From an uncultured Ruminococcus sp. (lineage in GTDB: Bacteria; Bacillota; Clostridia; UBA1212; UBA1255): a DNA stretch of 33,554 nt. Made by a program: the position numbers and the translations under genes. Of the stretch, positions 1 to 8,421 are shown in pieces. Location: contig CADBOE010000115.1 of NCBI GenBank assembly GCA_902796205.1, forward strand, positions 1 through 33,554, written 5' to 3'. The notes below the pieces were generated by a model. The model was not told the DNA's origin. It searched no databases and saw only the letters and a list, made by a program, of their open reading frames with translations. Positions within the stretch are counted from its first letter, which is position 1, and each line of letters begins with the position of its first letter.

Positions 1-104
1 AATATTGTTTTATCATTTGTATCACCCGTATGAAGGATATACATTATTGCAGTTCCTTTGTCAAATTTTTCATGCGTGAGCCCTGCCGGGAGAGGCCCGC
101 GTCG

Positions 105-134
105 TTGACCGCGCCCCCGTTCGTATGATATAAT
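105..134 (+). promoter_or_regulatory. sigma-A promoter of ackA
   Basis: TTGACC (105-110), 18 bp spacer, TG-n-TATAAT (129-134); GGAG RBS before ATG 168. Confidence 0.7.
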
Positions 135-167
135 CTGCCGGAAATCAAAAACGAACGGAGACGCACA

Positions 168-1376
168 ATGATAGTACTTGTTGTAAACGCGGGAAGCTCA
201 TCGCTGAAATATCAGCTCTTTGATACTGCCGGTAATTCCGTCCTGGCAAAAGGTATCTGCGAACGGATCGGTATCGGCGGCGAGATCACGCATAAAATGA
301 GCGGGCGCGACGATTATAAACGCGCCGTGGAAATGAAAGATCACACCGAGGCCACGAAGGTGCTTATCAGAACACTTACGGACCCTGCGGTCGGCTGCAT
401 AAAAGACATGAGCGAGATCGAGGCGGTCGGGCACCGGATAGTTCACGGAGGCGCGTATTTCAGCGAATCAGTGCGCGTTACGGACGAAGTCATAGCGAAG
501 CTCGAGCTATGCCGCGACCTTGCCCCGCTCCACACCGGAGCGCACCTGATGGGGATCAGAGGCTGCGTTGCCGCCATGCCTGAAACGCCGCAGGTGCTCG
601 TTTTTGACACCGCGTTCCACCAGACGATGCCGGATTACGCGTACACCTACCCGATCCCGTATGAAATGGCGCAGGAATACCGGATCAGAAGATACGGCGC
701 GCACGGAACGTCGCACAGATACGTCGCGGGTGAGATGTGCGGGATACTCGGAAGGATCGAAGGCACGAAGATCGTTACGTGCCACCTCGGAAACGGCTCG
801 TCGATATCCGCCGTGAAGGACGGTAAGGTCATCGACACGTCCATGGGATTCACGCCTCTCGACGGTCTCGAAATGGGAACGAGATGCGGCGCGATCGACC
901 CCGCCATAGTTCCGTTCATAATGGACAAAAAAGGATTTACTCCGGATGAAATGAGCTCATTCATGAATAAGGAATGCGGGCTGCTCGGCGTTTCCGGCCT
1001 TTCTCCCGACTGCCGCGACCTCGGCGAAGCCGTCAAAGCGGGCAACGGACGCGCGGCGCTCGCCGTCAATATTCTTACGTATCAGATCAAAAAATATATC
1101 GGCTCATACGCTGCGGCGATGAACGGCCTCGACGCTGTCGTTTTCACGGCGGGGATCGGCGAGAACCGCGACGAGATAAGAGCGGCCGCCTGCCGCGATA
1201 TGGACTGGCTCGGAATAAAGCTCGACGAAGAGATCAACGGGCGCACCAAGAAGCAGGGCGACAACGTATGTATTTCCGCCCCGGACTCGAAGGTGCTCGT
1301 TTACGTCATACCAACAAACGAGGAACTTGTCATCGCATCCGACACTGAGCGGATAGTAAAGGGAGGAAACTGCTGA
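168..1376 (+). CDS. ackA: acetate kinase
   Basis: Motifs VNAGSSSLKYQ, GHRIVHGG, LAPLH, VFDTAFHQT, CHLGNGSS, DTSMGFTPL, FTAGIGEN, IPTNEE. Confidence 0.97.
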   Translation: MIVLVVNAGSSSLKYQLFDTAGNSVLAKGICERIGIGGEITHKMSGRDDYKRAVEMKDHTEATKVLIRTLTDPAVGCIKDMSEIEAVGHRIVHGGAYFSESVRVTDEVIAKLELCRDLAPLHTGAHLMGIRGCVAAMPETPQVLVFDTAFHQTMPDYAYTYPIPYEMAQEYRIRRYGAHGTSHRYVAGEMCGILGRIEGTKIVTCHLGNGSSISAVKDGKVIDTSMGFTPLDGLEMGTRCGAIDPAIVPFIMDKKGFTPDEMSSFMNKECGLLGVSGLSPDCRDLGEAVKAGNGRAALAVNILTYQIKKYIGSYAAAMNGLDAVVFTAGIGENRDEIRAAACRDMDWLGIKLDEEINGRTKKQGDNVCISAPDSKVLVYVIPTNEELVIASDTERIVKGGNC

Positions 1377-3988
1377 TGCAAAAAACGATTGACGAAAGGA
1401 ACAGGAACGGAACGGCCGCCGTCAGGTTCGGCGCCTGGCTGCTGGCGGCAGTGATGATCTTCACGCTCGCCGGAATAGGCGGCGCGCGCGGAAGCCGGGT
1501 AGAAGCTGCCGGAAGCGACACGTATTCTCTCGGCGGGGGCGGAGGCTCCGGCTCCGTGTCAGTCCTCAAGGGAGAAAGCATTTACGTGCAGATCAAAGTT
1601 TCGGCGGCGTTCAGATCGCTGAGCTTCGATATTCATGGCTCCGGAGAAGGAAAAAAAGCGACAGTCTCGCTTCATAGATGGAACAAAAACATTATCGACA
1701 GCGGAAACGGCGCCCCCGTTGCTTCGACGGAGATCTCCGGCTGGGAGTCGGGCGGACAGGTCTCAATCTCAGGCGACGGATTTGACGCCGGGGAATACGT
1801 CGTGAAGTTCACGCTCAACGAAGCGGAAAGCGCGAAGGGAAAATTCGGAATAAAGCTCGAAAAGAAAAGCCGCACGGGAGTCGCCGTCTTCGGCAAGGGT
1901 TACTCCACGGAAGGCTCCCCGAAGGGACAGATCGTGCTCAGCGCAGCCGGCGGCGATCCGTTCGTGAAAGTATCCGCGAATAAGGATTATCCCTATCATC
2001 AGGCCCCGCCGGCGTATCAGTTTACGGACGATACCGCTGTCGTAAAGCTCGGCATCGACCCCACGCAGTGGAGCGCGGTGGACGGACTCGGGCGCACGGT
2101 TCCGGGCTACCGGGAGGTCGGCGCGAAGAAAGACAAGGTCGTCGGAATGTTCTACTGGACGTGGCACACGGGCAATATGCAGTCCAAGGCCGTCAACGTC
2201 AACAATATTATCCTTGAAAACCCCGACGCCATCCACGACTACAAGCACAAGATCTGGAAGAACAACTCGGTCGGATCGTATTTCTGGAACGAGCCGATCT
2301 ACGGATATTATACCGAAATTGACGAATACGTTCTCAGAAAGCACGCCGAGCTTCTTGCCGACGCGGGAGTCGATTTCGTGCTGTTCGACTGCACGAACGG
2401 CGACCTTACCTGGGAGGACGCCTACCTCAATCTTCTGAAGGTCTGGTCCGAGGCGCGCGAACAGGGCGTCCGCACCCCGCAGATCGGCTTCATGATGCAG
2501 TTCTGGTGGGATGACAAAAACACGCCTTCCTCGCTGAAGCAGGTCTACGACGCCATTTACCGCGACGGAAAATATCAGGATCACTGGTTCTACTGGGAGG
2601 GAAAGCCGCTCATCATGAGCATGCACGGCGGCCTTAACAAAAACGATCTGCTCGAGGAGGAGATCCGCCAGTTCTTCACGTGGCGTCAGGGCGTTCCCTC
2701 GTACTGGGAGGGCGACGGAGACGACAGCATGTGGGGCTGGCTCCACGTATATCCCCAGGCCGTCTACAGAAACGCCGACGGCACCGTGGAGCAGACTACC
2801 GTAGGCGTCTGCATGAACGCCGACTGGTCGACGCGACAGCTCTCCGCTCAGAACGGCGAGCACAACATGGGCCGCAGCTATACCGAGCAGAAGGATTTCA
2901 GTTATTCGTACGATTACAGAGGAAAAACGGTAAATGTTGACAAAAATATAGAGAACGTCTCGTTTTACGGACTGAATTTCCAGGAACAATGGGATTTCGC
3001 GATGTCCGTTGACCCGGAGATCGTATTCGTCACCGGATGGAACGAGTGGATAATGGGCCGTTTCGAAGAATGGATGGGCGTGAAGAACGCGTTCCCGGAT
3101 CAGTTCAACGACGAGAATTCGCGCGATCTGGAGCCGTCCAAGGGTGCGCTCAAGGACTATTATTACTACCAGCTCGTCGCCAATATCCGCCGCTTCAAGG
3201 GCGCTTCTCCCGTGAACGTTCAGGAGACCGCGAAAACCATCGACATCAACGCCGGCGCGGAGCAGTGGAACGATCCCGGTATCGTAACGTATAACCATTA
3301 CACCAAAAACACTTACGAGCGCAACGCGAGAACGTGGGGCGTGAAATACGTCGGCGATCCGATCCGCAACGATTTCAGAACGGCGAAGGTCTCTTTTGAC
3401 GCTGACAATATCTATTTCTACGTCGAAACGGAAGAGCCTGTGACGGCCTCCACCGACGCGAACTGGATGCGTCTCCTTCTCGACACTCAGGCGGCAACGG
3501 CCGATTCGAAGGACTGGGAGGAATTTGAATATATCATAAACCGCGAATCGCCTTCCGGCACGACGCTGACCGTCGAAAAGAGCACCGGCGGCTGGAACTG
3601 GGAAAAGACGGGCGACGCCGATTTCACCGTCAGCGGAAATATCATGCAGATCCGCGTTCCGAGAACGGCTCTCGGCCTCACGGATACGGACTCGTCACTG
3701 TCGTTCGGATTCAAGTGGTGTGACAACAATCTCACCGGCGGCGATATAATGACGCTCTATACCGAAGGCGACGCCGCTCCCGGCGGACGGTTCACGTTCG
3801 CTTTCACGTCGGACGCCAAAGCGGCCGCGCCGGCTTCTTCCGATCCCGGATCGGATCACGGCGGTACTGACGGAAAGCCTTCCGGCAACAATTCGCTTAC
3901 GGTCCTTTCCATTGTCGCCGGAGGCGCGGCTGTGGCAGCCGTTGCGGCCGCGGTCGTGGTGGTGACCGGGAAAAAGAAGAAATCGTGA
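1376..3988 (+). CDS. secreted, C-terminally membrane-anchored glycoside hydrolase-like protein (GH99/GH71-like barrel plus beta-sandwich domains)
   Basis: N-terminal hydrophobic signal; VGMFYWTWH, FWNEPIYGYY, LRKHAELLADAGVDFVLFD and IVFVTGWNEW motifs; Ser/Gly/Asp linker, TM helix and KKKKS tail; TGATG overlap with ackA. Family is inferred. Confidence 0.7.
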   Translation: MQKTIDERNRNGTAAVRFGAWLLAAVMIFTLAGIGGARGSRVEAAGSDTYSLGGGGGSGSVSVLKGESIYVQIKVSAAFRSLSFDIHGSGEGKKATVSLHRWNKNIIDSGNGAPVASTEISGWESGGQVSISGDGFDAGEYVVKFTLNEAESAKGKFGIKLEKKSRTGVAVFGKGYSTEGSPKGQIVLSAAGGDPFVKVSANKDYPYHQAPPAYQFTDDTAVVKLGIDPTQWSAVDGLGRTVPGYREVGAKKDKVVGMFYWTWHTGNMQSKAVNVNNIILENPDAIHDYKHKIWKNNSVGSYFWNEPIYGYYTEIDEYVLRKHAELLADAGVDFVLFDCTNGDLTWEDAYLNLLKVWSEAREQGVRTPQIGFMMQFWWDDKNTPSSLKQVYDAIYRDGKYQDHWFYWEGKPLIMSMHGGLNKNDLLEEEIRQFFTWRQGVPSYWEGDGDDSMWGWLHVYPQAVYRNADGTVEQTTVGVCMNADWSTRQLSAQNGEHNMGRSYTEQKDFSYSYDYRGKTVNVDKNIENVSFYGLNFQEQWDFAMSVDPEIVFVTGWNEWIMGRFEEWMGVKNAFPDQFNDENSRDLEPSKGALKDYYYYQLVANIRRFKGASPVNVQETAKTIDINAGAEQWNDPGIVTYNHYTKNTYERNARTWGVKYVGDPIRNDFRTAKVSFDADNIYFYVETEEPVTASTDANWMRLLLDTQAATADSKDWEEFEYIINRESPSGTTLTVEKSTGGWNWEKTGDADFTVSGNIMQIRVPRTALGLTDTDSSLSFGFKWCDNNLTGGDIMTLYTEGDAAPGGRFTFAFTSDAKAAAPASSDPGSDHGGTDGKPSGNNSLTVLSIVAGGAAVAAVAAAVVVVTGKKKKS

Positions 3989-4018
3989 TTTCTCACGGGT
4001 TCTGAATAACGGATAATA

Positions 4019-4075
4019 TAAAAGCCGGTAAACTGACGAAACGATGCGAAAGTTACCGGCTTTTATTTTTTTTAT
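4019..4075. terminator. probable bidirectional intrinsic terminator
   Basis: 13-bp inverted repeat TAAAAGCCGGTAA (4019-4031) / TTACCGGCTTTTA (4053-4065) followed by a T tract, between convergent genes. Confidence 0.75.
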
Positions 4076-4098
4076 TCAGCCCGCGGCCGCCCGTCTGC

Positions 4099-4905
4099 TC
4101 AGCCGCAGAAGTGGAAGCCCGTGCCGATCAGGCCGGACTGATTGAAATTGTCGATGTCGTGGCGGATGATATAATCCATGTAAGACGCGACCATTTTAGC
4201 GGTGAGAAGATATCCGGCGGCGTTCATATGGCCGCTCGTGAAGAATCTGCGCTTGAAATCGCCGTCATATTCGGGAGCGAAATCGTGAAGATCGATCACG
4301 TAGGTGTTGTCGAAATGGGCGGCGAGATCGTACATGAGCGCGCGGTGGGCGATCCTCTTGTCCTCCGCGGCTTTTTCGGCGTCGTTGTTCACCGGTTCGC
4401 GCGGCATCGTGATAAGGAAGAATTTCGCCTCCGGCTGGAGCTCTTTATAGTGCTGTATCATGCGTGCGTAATAGCCGCAGAACGTCGGATTGTTGTAATG
4501 CCAGTTCGGCTTTACGTCCTCGGCGACGCTGCCGATCTCCTGATTGAGGCCGAACAGGTCGTTGCAGCCCATCGCGATGAGATACGCCTGCGCGAGCTTG
4601 TCGCGGCCCCACCATCCCATGGCGTCCGCGTAGTTGTTGCAGTATTCCGACGCGGTCATGCCGCCGCGCGAGAAATTGTAGACCGTCGTGCCGGCAAGGC
4701 GGGCGAGATACTGTCCCCATGAATAATCGAACCAGTCGTGGTACGTGGTGGGGCTTCCGACGTCTCTCGCTTCGAGTTCGCCGGACGAAAGGCTGTCGCC
4801 GACAACGGCGATCGTCCTGAAAATTCCCGTGAAGCCTCCGTCCGTTACGATATTGTCGAGAGGCTTCTCGTCCGGGTCGCAGCTGTAAAGTTGTTTAACG
4901 TTCAT
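4099..4905 (-). CDS. SGNH/GDSL family hydrolase (esterase)
   Basis: Block I VVGDSLS, block II NFSRGG, block III MGCND, block V GHMNAAGY. Confidence 0.85.
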   Translation of the reverse strand: MNVKQLYSCDPDEKPLDNIVTDGGFTGIFRTIAVVGDSLSSGELEARDVGSPTTYHDWFDYSWGQYLARLAGTTVYNFSRGGMTASEYCNNYADAMGWWGRDKLAQAYLIAMGCNDLFGLNQEIGSVAEDVKPNWHYNNPTFCGYYARMIQHYKELQPEAKFFLITMPREPVNNDAEKAAEDKRIAHRALMYDLAAHFDNTYVIDLHDFAPEYDGDFKRRFFTSGHMNAAGYLLTAKMVASYMDYIIRHDIDNFNQSGLIGTGFHFCG

Positions 4906-5048
4906 TTGAATCGATCCTTTCAGTGTATCAGTTTAGTAAACGCGTGCAGATCGCGTCGGTCGTGCCGGCCGCGATAATCGCATTGATCGCGTAGAATAAA
5001 TCGGGTGCCCCGGCGAGGCAGTAACGCAGTAATGCAGTAAAAAGCAGG

Positions 5049-6215
5049 TCAGTAAACCGCTTTTTCGAAGCGAATCGTTGCCGCCGCGCCCGCGCCGCCG
5101 TCAATTCTGGAATTCCGCATCATTATGGCGGTAACACCGTTTGACGGGTCGATCCAGAAGTGGGTGCCGTACGCCCCGCTCCAGCCGAACGAGCCCGCCG
5201 GCAGAGTAGGATGGCCGTCTCTGATCACGCGTACGCCGAGCCCCCACGTTTCGACCGGCCCGATGCCTGCCGTTCCCGGAAGAGGCCAGGGCGCCTGCAT
5301 GACCCGTACCGCCGCGGGAGAGAGCACCCTCGCCCCGTCGAGCGTTCCGTCCAGGCGGAGCATTTCGGCGAATTTCGTATATGCGTTCAGCGTGCCCGCG
5401 AGCGAAGCGCCGGCGCAGAAATACGTCAGCGGGAATCCCTCGAACGTCGTGCGGCCGAGCGAGGTGTCCATGAAGCCGTTTCCGTTTTCGTCGCGCGAAA
5501 ACATGCACATCATGCGGCTCCACTGCTCATCCGAAGGCGTGAACGTTATGTCGGTCACGCCGATCGGGTCAAAAATATTCTTCTGCACGAATTCGTTGAA
5601 CGGCATTCCGGAGACGAGCTCCACGATTCGGGCGGCAACGTCCTGCGCCGCCACGGCGCTGTAGCCGGTGGCTTCGTCCGGCTGGAAATCGAGCGGCAGA
5701 TTTTTGCCCATCCAGTCGGTTATGTCGCGGAGCGTTTTCATGTTGCCGGCGCCGGCGCGTCCGAGCGCCTGATAGCCCATTTCTCCCGAAGCGATGCCGT
5801 TGACGTGGCTCAGCAGATGGTGGATGCGAAGCGGCTTTTTAAGCTTTTCGCCCGGGACGAAGTCCGCCGTGCCGTCCTCGCGGAGCTCCTTGCGGCCGAC
5901 GCGCATTTCGTAATAATCGGGCAGATATTGTCCCACGCAGTCGTACAGGCTCAGAAGCCCGCGGTCCTGGGCGGCGAGCACCGCCGCGGCGGTGACGGGC
6001 TTTGTCATTGACGCCAGTCTGAACATCGTGTCGGCCGTTACGGGTTGTTTCGTTTCGAGATCCGAAACGCCGTCGATCACCTCCGCCACCGTTTCTCCGT
6101 TCTGCAGCACACGAAGAGCGATGCCGGAATAGAGGCTTTCGCTGATTCCTTTTGTTACGAGCGCTGACAATCTTTCCTGCAGCGCGTTTCCGTCGAGTTT
6201 TATCATATTTATCAC
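5049..6215 (-). CDS. serine hydrolase, beta-lactamase/class C-like esterase
   Basis: FRLASMTK (SxxK), LLSH, GYS and FGWSGAYGTHFWIDP motifs. Confidence 0.88.
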   Translation of the reverse strand: MINMIKLDGNALQERLSALVTKGISESLYSGIALRVLQNGETVAEVIDGVSDLETKQPVTADTMFRLASMTKPVTAAAVLAAQDRGLLSLYDCVGQYLPDYYEMRVGRKELREDGTADFVPGEKLKKPLRIHHLLSHVNGIASGEMGYQALGRAGAGNMKTLRDITDWMGKNLPLDFQPDEATGYSAVAAQDVAARIVELVSGMPFNEFVQKNIFDPIGVTDITFTPSDEQWSRMMCMFSRDENGNGFMDTSLGRTTFEGFPLTYFCAGASLAGTLNAYTKFAEMLRLDGTLDGARVLSPAAVRVMQAPWPLPGTAGIGPVETWGLGVRVIRDGHPTLPAGSFGWSGAYGTHFWIDPSNGVTAIMMRNSRIDGGAGAAATIRFEKAVY

Positions 6216-6288
6216 TGTTTGCTTTCTGGTTTCTGACGTGCGGTTATGGCCGGGGCAGGGGCCGCAGCCGCAGCCGGAGCGATCGGCG

Positions 6289-7242
6289 TCAGCCGAGGTC
6301 GACCGGTTCGGTTTCGTTTTCGTTTCCGGTTTCGGATCCGGTTTCGTTGTCCTTTGCCTGATCGTTATTCGCCGTGTCGGTGTTGTCGGGAAGATGCACG
6401 AGGCCTTCCTTTACGCCTCTCGTCTGGCAGGTCTGGCACATGCGCGTCTTGCCGTTTTCGACGGCGGCCTGTGAAGTTCCGGTAAGAAGATCGGGCGAAT
6501 TGTTCAGGTGACCGCAGTCTTCATAGAGATGATATACGGTCCCGCTCTTCGTCCAGTAAACGGATTCGTAAACCTCGCCGGTCTCGATGCCGGCCTCTTC
6601 AAGAACCTGCTCCTGAGAAACGGGATTCCAGTCGATTCCGGAGAGGACGCCAACGGCAAGCAGCACGACGGCAACGCCCGCGGCGATCGCTTTCGACTTT
6701 CCGTCGGCTTTCTTGTCGGTGAGAGCGAAAATAATGAACGGAACGAACGCAACGACCGCGATGATAACGCCAAGATTGTTCTGGATCCAGAATTTTGCCT
6801 TGTTCTTTTCAGACGCGGGATCAAGATGGTTTGCTTTTTTCCACAGCTGCGAACCGATAACGACGAGGATGAGGTCGAGCGCGAGGCAGACGATCCACGA
6901 AATGGTCCAGCCGGGATTGTCGGCAATGAATTTCCAGGGGATGACTTTTTTGAAGCAAAGGATGGCCAGAACTTCAAAACCGAGCCCAAGCAGCCACAAA
7001 ATAACCGCGATTATTCTGTAGGGCTTCGCGTTTTTGTTCATGATCCCGAGCAGATCCTGTTTTCCGACGCTTTGCTGCTCCACGTGTGTGATATTGTGCT
7101 GCACCCGGGCTTTCGTGCCGGCCGATCTCGTGTCGTTTCCTCCGGCGGTGCGGGTCTTCTCCGCTTCTTTTTTTGCTTTTACAGCTTCAAGCGCTTTTTT
7201 CGCGGCTTCGGCTGCCGCGGAATTCTGATTTTTTGTTGCCAT
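6289..7242 (-). CDS. hypothetical 4-TM membrane protein with C-terminal His/Cys metal-binding domain
   Basis: AGGAG RBS before ATG 7242 (MATKNQ); four hydrophobic segments; VYWTKSGTVYH..C..L...CxxC motif. Confidence 0.8.
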   Translation of the reverse strand: MATKNQNSAAAEAAKKALEAVKAKKEAEKTRTAGGNDTRSAGTKARVQHNITHVEQQSVGKQDLLGIMNKNAKPYRIIAVILWLLGLGFEVLAILCFKKVIPWKFIADNPGWTISWIVCLALDLILVVIGSQLWKKANHLDPASEKNKAKFWIQNNLGVIIAVVAFVPFIIFALTDKKADGKSKAIAAGVAVVLLAVGVLSGIDWNPVSQEQVLEEAGIETGEVYESVYWTKSGTVYHLYEDCGHLNNSPDLLTGTSQAAVENGKTRMCQTCQTRGVKEGLVHLPDNTDTANNDQAKDNETGSETGNENETEPVDLG

Positions 7243-7282
7243 CTTGTCTGCTCCTTTTCTTTTGTGTAGAAATAGTGTCTGC

Positions 7283-7311
7283 ATTCTAACATAATGCCCG
7301 GCGGCAGTCAA
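7283..7311 (-). promoter_or_regulatory. sigma-A promoter of the membrane protein gene
   Basis: Minus strand TTGACT, 17 bp spacer, TG-n-TAGAAT. Confidence 0.7.
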
Positions 7312-7317
7312 TATCCG

Positions 7318-7702
7318 TGCAACGGGGGACAGACCCCGGTTTTGACCCTGCCCCTGTGAGGATGCAACGGGGGACAGACCCCGGTTTTGACCCTGCCCCC
7401 GGGAGGATGCAACGGGGGACAGACCCCGGTTTTGACCCTGCCCCCGGGAAGGTGCAACGGGGGACAGACCCGGGTTTTGACCCTGTCCCCGGGAGGATGC
7501 AACGGGGGATAGACCCGGGTTTTGACCCTGTCCCCGGGAAGGTGCAACGGGGGACAGACCCGGGTTTTGACCCTGTCCCCGGGAGGACGCAACGGGGGAC
7601 AGACCCCGGTTTTGACCCTGTCCCCGGGAAGGTGCAACGGGGGACAGACCCGGGTTTTGACCCTGCCCCCGAGAGGATGCAACGGGGGACAGACCCGGGT
7701 TG
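7318..7702 (+). repeat. tandem array of 45-bp hairpin (REP-like) units, 8.5 copies
   Basis: Unit TGCAACGGGGGACAGACCCSGGTTTTGACCCTGYCCCCGGGARGR starting at 7318, 7363, 7408, 7453, 7498, 7543, 7588, 7633, partial at 7678; internal inverted repeat GGGGACAG/CTGTCCCC. Confidence 0.97.
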
Positions 7703-7726
7703 CCGGGGTTGTTTCGGCCGTGTTTT

Positions 7727-7754
7727 TTGACAAATGCCGGCGGATGTGTATAAT
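7727..7754 (+). promoter_or_regulatory. consensus sigma-A promoter
   Basis: TTGACA (7727-7732), 16 bp spacer, TATAAT (7749-7754); AAAGGAGG RBS at 7768-7775. Confidence 0.8.
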
Positions 7755-7785
7755 AAAATTCACCGCAAAAGGAGGCGCATGGAAA

Positions 7786-8088
7786 ATGCAGGCGACAGTC
7801 ACAAAAGACGGCGAAACAATTAAAGCCGCGATCTGCGGAAGGCTCGATACCGTAACAAGCGCGGAACTGAACGAGCAGTTGAAAAGCGCGGGGATCGACA
7901 ATTGCGATATTGACCTCGATTTTGTCGGGGTGGAGTATATTTAATCGGCCGGACTGCGTTTGCTCGTAGCGCTCCGCAAACAGGCAGACACGACGGGAAA
8001 CAGTATGACGGTCAGAAGAAATATCAACAGAGTTGTCCGCGAGGTGTTCCGCGTGGCAGGATTTGAAAAAGTATTCACGGTCGTTTAA
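7786..8088 (+). pseudogene. STAS-domain anti-sigma factor antagonist with internal stop
   Basis: MQATVTK..GRLDT..LDFVGVEYI*SAGLRLLV..VREVFRVAGFEKVFTVV*; TAA at 7942-7944 interrupts the YISSAGLR motif and the frame continues in register. Confidence 0.88.
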
Positions 8089-8166
8089 GATCCGAAATAG
8101 ACCTTAACGGTCGGTTAAACCTGAACCGCTCCCGCGCACGCGCACGCGCGCCGGAATGGAGCTGAA

Positions 8167-8418
8167 ATGAAAGCGACAAAATTCACCATTGGCCGAAAAC
8201 TGTTTCTCCTTTCATTGATACCGATCGCGGTGATGATCGCCGCGGCGCTCGTTGTGTCGTCGATGCTTTTCGACCGCAAGATCCGCCAGGACGCCCGCAA
8301 AGTGACGACGCAGGCCGCAGACAACACCGCCGCCGGACTCAACGTACTTTCGTTCCTGAAATATACCGACCGGTCCGTATCAGGCAGCCGCGACGCCGGC
8401 GGGACCGCGGAGGATTAA
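8167..8418 (+). pseudogene. probable N-terminal remnant of a membrane-bound sensor/signalling protein
   Basis: GGAG RBS; TIGRKLFLLSLIPIAVMIAAALVVSSMLF resembles the first TM of MCP/kinase/PP2C sensors; ORF ends after 83 aa. Confidence 0.5.
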
Positions 8419-8421
8419 CGC

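Noticed and set aside
1-64. Possible divergent gene start (ATG at 16, minus strand) with TTGACA at 64-59
   Set aside because: Only five codons are visible; cannot be called.
1769-3298. Long antisense ORFs (also 12130..13221, 24313..25752, 14224..15579 and others)
   Set aside because: Shadows of well-supported genes in GC-rich DNA.
5018-5041. GCAGTAAN x3 microrepeat
   Set aside because: Short and resembles the adjacent gene end (TCAGTAA); probably slippage with no evidence of function.
7318-7702. CRISPR array interpretation of the 45-bp and 47-bp arrays
   Set aside because: No unique spacers; the segments between cores are near-identical, and the core does not match the tracrRNA anti-repeat.
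7308-7901. Repeat-protein ORFs 7317..7730 (+) and 7308..7901 (-)
   Set aside because: Open only because the unit is 45 bp and stop-free. No RBS, they overlap promoters, and the 47-bp sister array does not keep frame.
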